The notes under the pieces are model-generated. The model was not told where the DNA came from, did no database searches, and saw only the letters and a program-made list of their open reading frames with translations. The position numbers were made by a program, and so were the translations under genes. Shown in pieces: positions 51,690-63,088 of a stretch of 64,000 nucleotides of DNA; position 1 is the stretch's first letter, and every line of letters begins with the position of its first letter. Source of the stretch: Haliotis rubra (lineage: Eukaryota); contig NW_025767733.1 in NCBI RefSeq assembly GCF_003918875.1, forward strand, positions 1 to 64,000, read 5' to 3'.

Positions 51690-52230
51690 CAATAAAGTGA
51701 AATTAAGATACGTATTTTAGAGTGTGTCGAACTGACTCGCACATATTGTAGACGGTTGGTTAAAAAGTCCTTTATCCAGAGAGAAATATGAGTATTAACA
51801 TTTACAGCACACAGTTTCTGTAGCATCAAATGAGGTTGTATAGTAATAAAAGCCGACCTAAAATCCACATTAAAACACGGGCATACGTTTTGGGTGAATC
51901 AAGATGTTTCGTGATTGCATGTAGTAGGGTCACTGTGGCATCCTCAACACCTCGCTTAGACTTGTATGCACGCTGTAGTGGATCAAGGTAATCTTTAATA
52001 TCATACTGGAGACGCCGGAGCATGATCCGTTCAAGGCACTTCATGATAATAGATGTCAATGCCACTGGTCGATAATCGTTAAGTTCTTTAGGTCTTGGGA
52101 TCTTTGGAACTTGAATAATCTTGGAAGGTTCCCATATTCGTGGAATAATGTGAGAGTTATATGATTCCTGAAATAGTTAACTGAAAACATACGATCGTTC
52201 TGAGCAGCATTCCTTCAGTACTTTACAAGA
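51690..52230 (-). mobile_element. Rex1/Babar-like LINE reverse-transcriptase fragment, frameshifted
   Basis: LNDYRPVALTSIIMKCLER, LDPLQRAY...VEDA, DFRSAFITIQPHL and WIKDFLTNRLQYVRV motifs. Confidence 0.82.
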
Positions 52231-52234
52231 GATG

Positions 52235-52715
52235 TTTGGTGAAAGTGGCTTGAAAGGCTGTCCTTAAGTGAAGGTGTTTCCAGTTAAGCAGGGCATGCTG
52301 ATATGGTGTAGCTACAAGTTTGGTGAAGGTGGCTTGAAAGGCCGTTCTTAAGTGGAGTTGTTACCGGTTAAGCAAGGTTACTGATATGATGTAGCTACAA
52401 TTTTGCTGAAAGTGGCTTGAAAGGCAGTCCTTAAGTGAAGGTGTTACCAGTTAAGCAGGGCATGCTGGTATGATGTAGCTACAATTTTGCTGAAGGTGGC
52501 TTAAAGGGCCGTTCTAGGTGGAGGTGTTACCGGTGAGGCAGGGCATGCTGATATGATGTAGCTACAATTTTGCTGAAGGTGGCTTAAAGGGCCGCTCTAA
52601 GTGGAGGTGTTACCAATGAGGAAGGGCATGCTGATATGATGTAGCTACAATTTTGCTGAAGGTGGCTTAAAGAGCCGTTCTAGGTGGAGGTGTTACCGGT
52701 GAGGCAGGGCATGCT
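52235..52715. repeat. 83-84 bp minisatellite, about 5.8 copies
   Basis: gtagctacaa at 52308, 52391, 52475, 52558 and 52641. Confidence 0.92.
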
Positions 52716-53217
52716 TACCTTTTACGCGAGCACCTGGTGTCGTAACTGAATATCGCTGATCCATTAACTTACTTGGATTACTAGTTTGCCTTTTACTTAC
52801 AATAGGTTATGGTCCCATGGGGTTTCGGGTTAGAATTGGTCTTCAGCAACCCATGCTTGTCATAAGAGGCGACTAAAAGGATTGGGTGGTCAGATTCGCT
52901 GAATCCAACCCAGATATTCTGCATGACGAGCGAACGCTTTAACCACTAGGCTACCCTACAACCCCCTTATCCTGGAGACAGCCCAATGCCTTAATACCAT
53001 GTGTACATTGTCCTAATTCACGAGGTGCAAATGAATAAAACACACAATAAGTTATTCATAATGTGTGGTTTTCGTCTGATGTTAGGTAAGGTCCAGCTGC
53101 ATAATAATACATGATGATATACTTCAGTGACCACTACAACTACACCACCTACAGCTGCAGCTGCTTGCGTAGCCACAACTACTTTCACTGCTGCGACAAA
53201 TACTACATTGTACTTCT

Positions 53218-53235
53218 AGCAGCAGCGGGAGTAGT

Positions 53236-53323
<88 letters not shown>
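53218..53323. repeat. Compound (AGC)n(AGT)n microsatellite
   Basis: Directly visible. Confidence 0.95.
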
Positions 53324-53324
<1 letters not shown>

Positions 53325-53889
53325 AGAGACACACATTACGATAATGGTGAGTGTATAAGTTGGAATGGTCTTCAGCAACAAAGAGCGACAAACGGACTGA
53401 TCCGGCTCCCTGACATCGTTGGATAATGTCATCGTTTCCCAATTGCTCAGATAGATGCTCATGATGCTGATCATTGGATTGTCTGGTCCATCCTCGATTA
53501 TTGACAGTCCGCCATCATATAATGCGAATATTGCTGCGCGTTGCGTTAAAAAAAAAAGAAAAGAAAAATATATCAGTTTCTTTTGGAAAAGGGCGGCAGG
53601 TCAGCAGACGAATACTGTCATATGATGTTCCAACGAACACTTTCACCTCTGAGCTACCTCTGATGTTATATGATGAACTATTGTAAGCCTTTCACTCATA
53701 TAAAATCCGTCCGGCTAGGAATGGAGCACCTTTTCAATCACATGTTGATAAGCATTGTGACCCCTTTCTCCAGAGTAAACACAGATCTCAAACAACAATG
53801 AACGCGCCCAACCCCGCATAAGCATGTTGTGCCCAAATATGAAAGGGAACAATACACCCGTAGAATTGTGATAAAGGATATGAGATATA

Positions 53890-54308
53890 TTTCCCATCAA
53901 AAGTTTAGACTCACTAGTGTAACTATAGCCACTTACTTCAGGCAACCTTTCTGAACTAAATTTTGCAAAATATTCCATTCTGTTTAAAGGTACTGTTCAC
54001 ACATGAACTGGTGCATTATAAAACAAATTCGTAACACTGAAAAGATTATTGTCATGAGTTCCACGAATGATAAAACTCAGTGAAAATTGGCGAATTCTTA
54101 ACACAATTTTACACCAAAACGCTGCTCTTCACATGCATGAAATGTGCACATGCTTTTCAGCAATTTGATGCATGATCTTCGTGCAATTCATCTGAATAAA
54201 GTTTGTGGTTGGTTCCCCCAAGTTAGTGGGGAAATAAATCTTTGATGTAACCATACATACATAATATATAGTGCGTGTTTTAAGTGAGTCTAAACTTTTG
54301 ATGGGAAG
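53890..54308. mobile_element. Tc1-type non-autonomous element/MITE (about 420 bp)
   Basis: TA-flanked; perfect 25-bp inverted repeat ttcccatcaaaagtttagactcact / agtgagtctaaacttttgatgggaa. Confidence 0.82.
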
Positions 54309-55689
54309 TATATTTATGTGGAGGAACATGTGAGTGCATAGTATACAGTGATCTTCGAATGTTTTGTGAGAAAATGATCAGGGATACTTTCTCCAGTTTA
54401 GCCAACTAACAATCAAATCGAACACGCTGATGATTTTTCTTGTCTCGGACACTTGTGTGTTTGAGTCGAACTATGGTTATAACGAACTAAAATATTACTT
54501 GTGTTTCATATGACCACGGATATTTTCAAGCGAGTGACATTTTGTGTGAATGTGTCTGCGGAAAAGAACTACATTTGTTTGAGCTTGTCATTTTTTGTTT
54601 ATATATAAGACAAGGCTATGCACACATGTGCATGTAGTACCTGTTGATGGCTTACTTTAAAAATAATAGAAGAATACTTTAAATTTTAATGGGAAAATAT
54701 TTGTTTTTGTGTAACCTTAACGAGAGCTACTCCACCTGCTGCCGCCACGAACATCATGATCAACATTAATATAATATCACAACGCATGGCTCGACTTAAA
54801 TTCATAGAGATTATTATTTGCATTTTATTCACATTAGTATCCTTAAATAAGAAAAGTATGTTAGCGTCGTGTATTTTATTCAGTAAGGACTGCGAATATT
54901 TAATTGATACTGGATACATAAAAGTATATTTGCTACTACCACCAAGAACTGCACTCGCGGCAGATTTTGTTGTTTTTGTTGGGTTTTTTTGAGAGCTGAA
55001 GACGTCTCAAACTAACGAAAGCCGGAGGGGTACCCCATTGGTGAAGGTGTTTGGTCGTCACCGCGAAAGTGATTCGATTCTCCGTATGGATACAATGGCT
55101 TGTTCAAATGTAGCGCGTATATCGGAACACGGAAGTAGCCTTTGTTATTTCCATGAATCTTATTCATGATTCTTTTTTCAGAGTTTTTTTATTGATTTAC
55201 CTGACATATCAGATTGATCAGTCAAACTCTGTTTTTTGATAGGCGTTTTAGAAGTTGTCAGGATGAAGGAAAACCAAGTACTGTGGATAGTCAACTTCTT
55301 TATTGCAATGAATGCGACCTTCAATAGTCTTAACCGGGTTTTCCTTATGTAAATACTTCGAGTTATCCAAAGTAAATCAGGAAATCGCAGGGACCAAACA
55401 TTCACTTCGAGACAACCGTAAGTTCGACACATCGAAGTTCCACACAATAGTGTTTGACTGAGCGTTTCAAATCTGACTATGCGATATTTCGTCACTATTA
55501 TTCTGAGTTTGATATTCAGTAACGCGCATAACTGGACCCTTGTTTGTTTAAGTTGACTATGGCTAGAATAGTTTCCCCCTGAACCACTGACCAATGAATC
55601 TGATCATACAGTAACATATTCAATTATGATAATAAATGACACTCGCAGCTGGAAAAACCTCACTGTTTCCGTATGTGGGCATTTGACAT

Positions 55690-56179
55690 AAATGAATTAC
55701 AATTGGCTAATTAATTGTTTTCAGCAAGTGTCCGGAAAAGGGTCAAATCGTTTTCAAGCGTAAAATGGACGGAAAGACGATGAGCCTCATCAACAAAACA
55801 TAGCACCAAGTGGAGAAAGTCGTGGACGTTTAACACAGAGCCGATGGAGTGTTCAAAGACCACGGACTGATTGAATTACAATTGGTTAATTGATGATAGC
55901 CCATCAAGTGTCAGAAAAAGGTCAATTTGTTTAAGTGTAAATATGGACGGGAAAACGATGAACCTCATCAACAAAACAAAGCACCCAGTGGAGAAAGTCG
56001 TGGATGTTTAACACCGAGTTGATGGAGTGTTCGCAGACCAAGGATTGATTATATTGCAATTGGTTTATTGATACGTGTCCAACAAGTGTCGGAAAATGTC
56101 AAAATGTTCAAATGGACATAAAAATGGACGGAACAACCATGAACCACCTCAACAAAACAAAGCACCCAGTGGAGAAAGA
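55690..56179. repeat. About 180-bp unit triplicated downstream of NXPE paralog 3
   Basis: caattgg...caagtgtc...atggacgg...caacaaaaca...gtggagaaag at about 55693, 55873 and 56051. Single copy after paralogs 1 and 2. Confidence 0.8.
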
Positions 56180-57819
56180 AATCACACAAAGAATCAAACA
56201 AACAACACTCACTTACTCGGCTGGGGCCCAACACAACCCACTATTTAAACTCGTTACACACAAATAAAACAACATAAAGAAATCAACACTTAAAAAATTC
56301 AAACTCAACCCAAGAGCTTCATGCATCACCCACCTCTACAAACTGCTACACTCACAACAACTAAACGACATACAACGTACACCTCCCATTACAAGCTACA
56401 TTCACGACAAACCCCAACCCATCACAGACACTAACCTAGATAACATCCTCCATCAGCTACCAAAAGACACCAACAAATCCACTATAACAAACATCACAAA
56501 CAACTACATCAACAACAGCTACCCCACCCACACTCATATATACACAGATGCTTCAATCAACCAAAACAAAACCACTGGTATAGGCATTCATGTCCAACAA
56601 ACAGCAGCCAAACTAGCAACAACCCACACATCACCAACATCCAAGCAACTCATCAAATCAAACATACTACATACCAACTTCCAACACAACATCAACACAA
56701 ACAAATCAAAATGGGTCACATCAATAATAAAATCACCATTAAGGAAATCCCTGTATATATAACGTTAAAAACATTGACACGGCCATAAACAGACTCATCA
56801 CAGGCATCACGAACCTAAACCACACACTTTATAAACAAAATAGACATACAGATGGCTTATGTACACACTGCAATACTCAAGAGGACATAAACCACATACT
56901 CATTTACTGCCAACTACAAGCAAATATCAAGCAACTACACAACAGCATTCCCCCTAAACATCACAACAATACCCCACTACTCCTAAATCCACACACCCCA
57001 TCCCCACCCCCCATCATTTTCAACGCCATGGCAGCTTACCTTCAAAACTCAAACTTATTACAAGGGATCTAGAACCTGTCATATAAACTACATACACCTC
57101 TCTCACCTTCAACCTACTGTAACATTTAGACCAGGCGTTCAACCCTCAGTTATCCATTCTATGTCCCAAGTATAACCAATAAGCCCACACTTTCAGACCC
57201 GCCGCTCAAACTCAATTATCCATATTCTGTACACGCCACGCTAGCTCTCCCCTCTCGCTAGTGTAAACAACCTGTCGCAAGCCCTCATTGACAAGGTCAA
57301 GGCCATTCAACACGGCCACTCACTGCCAGCGCTCGCCTCTCAGCTTCGGCCCCTTCTGCGCTCCCCCCTCGCCCCTCCCCACATCCACCCCAGCTTAACC
57401 CCTTTTCCTTCTTTATACAGTCCCATTATTAAATCAATGCAGCTTAACTGCATCTACAATCTATGCCCCACTATGCTAAACGTGTTTATAACTTACCCCT
57501 ACCCCCCACACACACACACTCACATCCTAGGCCCCCCTTTACACTACCTATCGTTTAATTTAATCCTATCTCTTGCCTATTAACAATCATTACCCCTTTT
57601 TATTTCCCCTTTCCCTTCATAAACTCGGCTTTTACTATTTTATTTCGTTTATCTTTTTTTAAACGTTTTTATTCAAAATTCCACTTAGGTTAACGCCCGC
57701 GCATTTACATTTTTTTGGGTACGATGGTTTATTCCTTATTATAAACTTATTAATTATTATCCCACCTACCCCATCGGCTACAGTCAGAAGCCGACGTTGA
57801 ACCTCAAACCATCATCATC
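56180..57819 (+). mobile_element. 5'-truncated I/Nimb-group LINE (RNase H and CCHC knuckle), degenerate
   Basis: THIYTDASINQNKTTGIGIHV (RNase H, about 56530-56590); GLCTHCNTQEDINHILIYC (about 56850-56910); 3' hairpin tcggct..agccga and (CAT)n tail; TSD agaaaga at 56173-56179 and 57820-57826. Confidence 0.8.
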
Positions 57820-57965
57820 AGAAAGATATGGACTTTAAACACAGAGCCGATGGAGTCTTCATAAACCAAGGATCTGAACGTGGATTTGAACGTTTGATGA
57901 GCTTATACAGGCACAGCTAGGGGAGACAAGTCAGTGGACGGAATTAAGGCACCTGCAACTCCTGG

Positions 57966-60900
57966 TTAAGATGTATGCCCCACCCTTCTATGACAGAGAA
58001 GAGACATCATATAGTGAATCATAGTTCTAACCGTTGATGTATCTGGATGAATGTGGTTGGGGCCCAAGGCCACCGTCATATCCCAGTAGTCTATATACAC
58101 AACTCTGTGGGCAATAGATGAAAACTCCTCATGCAATATATCTGTATATAGCAGTCCCCAGTACGATACAAGTTCCTGAGCCGGATTCCTGTAATAAGCA
58201 AAGGGTCCTCGAACTGCAAGTGTGACATCAGGTGCTCGCTCAAGGAGAGACGTAGCTGCCCGAACCAGTCGCTGAACATGTTGGCGGTATATGTCCGGGT
58301 GGACTAAATTAAAGTGGACATATAAATACAGCACCACAATATCCACTGTGTTATTTGGCAGAGATTCAAGAAGAATATGCTGTGCCCTGTTAGCTAGTGG
58401 AGAGTAACGTTCCTGTCCGTGAAACAGTGGGAACTCATGAGCAAACCATGCCACTGAGAAATTGTCTTGCTTGTCCTCCAAGAGCTGAGGGTTGAGACCT
58501 TTAAGGGCGCATTGTAAGTTGAGTATGTCGTGAAGGGCCTCCTTGAATTGACGACTGGTTGAGTCCCCGGGAATCCAAAGTCGTCGGTTCCTTAAACACT
58601 GTCGATATGCCCAGGCTGTAGATTCCAGGGTGTCCAAACACTGCGTGGGTTTCCACTTAGTTCTGTAAATAACTCCAACAGGATGCTTGCGTTGCCAGGT
58701 ATACTTTGGCAAAAGTTGACTGCAGGGCGTTTTAAGTGTGTCGACCGTCTTTTCTCCTGTTTCTGAAAGATGGACAAAATATTATGCTCCGGTACTTTGT
58801 GTTTTATTTTTCTTTTCAACGTCACATTCACTAGCTCACTAGGTTGACACATGTTATCGTAGCCCAGTTCGGTAGATCAATGCCCCTGATGTTGATCACT
58901 GGATTGTCTTATCCAGAATATGGCNNNNNNNNNNNNNNNNNNNNNNNNNNNNNNNNNNNNNNNNNNNNNNNNNNNNNNNNNNNNNNNNNNNNNNNNNNNN
59001 NNNNNNNNNNNNNNNNNNNNNNNNNNNNNNNNNNNNNNNNNNNNNNNNNNNNNNNNNNNNNNNNNNNNNNNNNNNNNNNNNNNNNNNNNNNNNNNNNNNN
59101 NNNNNNNNNNNNNNNNNNNNNNNNATATCATACCTTGCCTTTTTATGCATCATTGATACGTGCTTACCCAATACACCTGTTATGTTGAAGGAGGACAGAA
59201 GGAAATCATTGTCTGGTTCTGATGATCTGAAACATGCACGTTTCCCTCTGTTACTTGTAGTGTTGGTTGGTGCAACTGAGGTTCCGCTTGTTGATGATAT
59301 CATTGTAAGGCCAAGGCATTTCTGTTTTCTTGTTAATAAATCCACAAACATAGAGATAGAAAACATTGTTGAAAAATGCAGTAAGAACAATTTCTAAGGA
59401 GAACTATGTATATTTTTGGGTTGTTGTTTTCTGTTTGGTTTTTTTTTCTATGTGTGTGTGTGTGTGTGTGCGTGTGTGTATATGGGCCTGAGCTACATGG
59501 TTTCGCTTATTTAATTTTCAAAACTAAAGTCATTTCAAAGTATCATCGTCAGTGAAAACAAAAACTAAAAAATTACATTTAACACAATTTCGACACATCT
59601 AAATGAACACTTACTTTATTGAATGTTCTGAAAATATCTGAACATAAACATATCAAGGTTGAAAGTAACATTAATTGGTCTTTAATATTTAAACCATGCA
59701 TGCACGTGTATTTTGTGCGTTTGATGTATATATGTCACGCATGGGTTTCCTTAAAAAAACTAGAAAACTAAGGAATGATAATTAGACCTTAAAAACATAA
59801 CATGCTTTCAATAATGTCACAAGATTGCTTATATTCTACAAGGGTCGATCTCTTAATTGATAACAATCTGGTTCATACTAATACTGACCAGCAATAGAAA
59901 CGCAACACAGAATTCAGGAAAATTATACTTTTCAGCGTGAGTGTGGATTTGATCGATGGAATAAATAGTTTGATTTCTTGAACTGCATTTCTTTTGCTGG
60001 TCAGTATAAGAACAAAATACTATAAAATGAATAAAACCATACTTACAAATAGTAAATGCCACGTTGCTGTGTTTCCTTCGGGAGATATGCTACATTCAGG
60101 GACCAGGACTTACTGTAGGTGTCGCAGCTTAAGAGTGGATGCTTCGGCTTTTCACAGTACCACAGGAAACCGTCATTTAGAGAAGTAAAGTTGCAGATGT
60201 CTCTTAGGCTGTTTCGTAACATGCTGCAGCTCGTACTCTCTTTTACCAAGAAGCCCCATACGAACTCCCGTTTCAACTGCCACAGCGTTCCATGTTCAGC
60301 CATGATGGAATAGAACATCGCTAGTTCCTCCCTACGACGCTCAAGAAAGCAGCGAATCCTTCCAGCACCCGACCACTGGACTCTGAGAACACCATTGTAT
60401 GTGCCATTGTTGTTGTCGAAGACGTCTCCAGCAACTGCAGCTTTGTCCTCTGTGTTTTCCATCCATAATCTAAAGAAATCGCCACCAACTGTTTGCTTCT
60501 CGCCGTAATGATTGTAAGTGTTGATCTCCACTTTTATGACATCACCGAGTCTATACAGTGGCTGGGGATTTAATAACGTCATTGTGGAGCGGTGTGCACT
60601 TGTGCACTTCCGGGTATCCCTTTGCTTACCTCCCTTGATCATGTTTGCCTCACTTAGATAGCGAGGAACATTGCTTACCACTCTTCCGCTATTGGGTTCT
60701 ACAACTATATGCATCTCAATGGTGTCACTGAGAGGTACGTTTCTGCAATAACAAAAATGATTAATGAGGTATGAATTTTTATCAATAAGGTTGGAAAAAA
60801 AAAATTCATGACGGCCCCACCCCCTCCGATTATCTTCTATTACTTTACAAATGTTGTTTGGAAACACCTCTTTGAATAGATTTGCACCCGTCAGTCCGAT

Positions 60901-62056
60901 CTTTGTCTGAAGGCCCATACTCTCAAGGCCCAACTATTCATCATTTTTACGTGAAATATGCTTGGCTCGTGGTATAACGAGGTAGATGATAATTAAATTT
61001 TCTTTATCCTACCAACAACCAACCAAAAAACAACCAAAAGATAATGAACCAAGCAACCAACTGACATATCAATAGTTTAATCGATCAGTCGTTCAAGTGT
61101 CCAACCAACGAATTATATGATGAAATCCACCACATCCAATCAAATAAATAAATAAGTTCTAACAAACAAATAATAAATTAACCAAAATCGATAATGCATG
61201 TGCAATAAACAAATCAGTAAGTCAATCCGCCAATCTTGAACCATACATCAGAGTAATAGAGGGCAAATATTTCGCCTCCTATGCTTGGAAGTATTTGATT
61301 AAGATCTGGCGTACCTGGGTCAAAGATTGTCCGCTGTAAGGATCAGTAGTAAGACGCTCAATGTTGAGCAAACAAAAGAAAAAGAAACTATGGATCTTGT
61401 TATTCCCGAAGTGTCTTGTGCAACACTTTACACCTACTCTAACGAAATCTGCACCATTTGTAATTTTATGTGTCCCCGCATAAAAAAGATACCTTTTAAC
61501 AGATTTCGCCTGTTCATTTCATGTTTATATTAGGCGATAGGCTTGGTAGGTACACGAGACATAGAAATTGTTAATGATCTGTTCTTTAAATGTGTGACTC
61601 AGGGTAAAATGTTAGTCAAAATCACCAAAATGTGCATGTGACGGTCTCCAATAATAGCATAACATTTTGAGTGAGTATTTCAAAGCAAATATTCATCCAA
61701 TGTGAACAAAACAAATTACTTTTTCGACATAAGGTATTGCACCTTTTATACATTTTATACATAGGCTAGGCGGGCGGTACATTTAGCGGAATATTTTGGG
61801 GATGTGTTTGTCAGAGTTTCCTTCCAGCTGGGATCTCCAGCTTACAGTAACTTGGTGTACATGGATAACATTGTTCTCGTCGCTTTGGCTAAACTAATAC
61901 AGATGCTACGATGAAGATTAGCAAACTCCGTGTTTGTTTATATAGTAATTACCTGTAGTTGTCCTCAAGTTTCTGTTTGTTATTCCATATATATATCACA
62001 GTAACAGTCACGGTCAATATGCACAGGATAACAAACGTAGATCTAGTCCGACTCAT
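57966..62056 (-). CDS. NXPE: NXPE family paralog 3 (inverted copy), intact, 551 aa
   Basis: Exons 61953-62056, 60047-60742, 59168-59226, 57966-58762 = 1656 nt. Exon lengths and motifs are the same as paralog 2. Confidence 0.92.
59884..60004. mobile_element. TA-flanked MITE (about 120 bp) in NXPE paralog 3 intron 2
   Basis: TIR ctgaccagcaatagaaacgca / tgcatttcttttgctggtcag. Absent at the homologous site in paralogs 1 and 2. Confidence 0.82.
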
Positions 62057-62389
62057 TTGTGAAGCTGAATTGTATCCGACGTTCACCACTGACATGTTGG
62101 CTTTGGCGATGAACACTCGTCCACTGCTATCGAAATCTGAGCTGTAATTCTCGGAATTCAGGCTTGGGTAACAGGAAATGAATGGGTAAATACATGTCCA
62201 CTAAGGCCCGCTTGCTTATCGTTATTGGGTTAAGCTAACAGTGTTGCATGGTAACCAAAGTAAACAATATGGATTTCTGCGGAAGGGACGTTGGGGAGTA
62301 GGTGTGGGGTTGGGTCAAGCTACGGATCACGGTCAGAATATATATAATACGAATTAGGATAAGGCTAGCTGGGTTAGTTCAGTGTAGAT

Positions 62390-63088
62390 GAGTGAGTGAG
62401 TGAGCTAAAATTTGCCGTCACACCGGCAATATTTCAGCCATATCGTGACGAGAACAATATATTTTATTCATAGTAAGTAATGGTTAACTGTAAAAACCTG
62501 TCACCGAAGGACAGTAAAATAACTAGATTATCACAGATTCGAATTTAAAACTAGTAATTAAATGTAAAAAGACAACTATAGGGGACAGCACAATATAAAA
62601 ATAGGCTATAGATCGCCAACAACTGAAGGTAAATCACCATACTAGGGACCATGGGGACTTACAGTACCTTTGCTACCTGCATGGACCCTAGTTGGATTTA
62701 CACCCTCCCTTCAGCCATTGGTGATGGAAGAGAAATCTAGCAATAAATTAAAAGCACACATATTCTACGATTAAAAAGGTGGCAAGTTTAAATGTACTTT
62801 AAATGTGTTGGGACTTACGTACCCTCTCAGGAGGACAATAATTTTACGCTACTTCAACCCCCTTTGAGGGTACCGCTACTAACAATCTCAGTTACTAATC
62901 TAAACTACCAACAATAAAATATTTAGTTATTTACAGATCTGTCAACAAATCTAATTCTTTTAAGAAATCAACTGTTAAATGATAATTAACATTATAAAAA
63001 AGATCCTTCAATGTTTTGACATTGAAATACTTATCCCTTGTGATGGAATATTCAACACAGTCAAGCAGGACATGCTTGACTGTGATTC
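62390..63088 (-). mobile_element. 5'-truncated I/Nimb-like LINE with 14-bp TSD
   Basis: Minus strand reads TVKHVLLDCVEYSITRDKYFNVKTLKDLF...FLKELDLLTDL*, then a 3' UTR ending gctgaaatattgcc...(ACTC)n. TSD agttcagtgtagat at 62376-62389 and 63089-63102. Confidence 0.85.

Noticed and set aside
53111-53474. Poly-Leu, poly-Val and poly-Thr ORFs (similar ones at 29612-29911 and 36741-37203)
   Set aside because: Microsatellite translations.
53715-53978. 87-aa ORF with faint piggyBac-like wording
   Set aside because: It starts inside a MITE and crosses its TIR, and no catalytic motif can be placed convincingly.
59884-59985. Extra NXPE exon in paralog 3 intron 2
   Set aside because: It lies within a TA-flanked MITE absent from the other paralogs, and exons 2 and 3 already join in phase.
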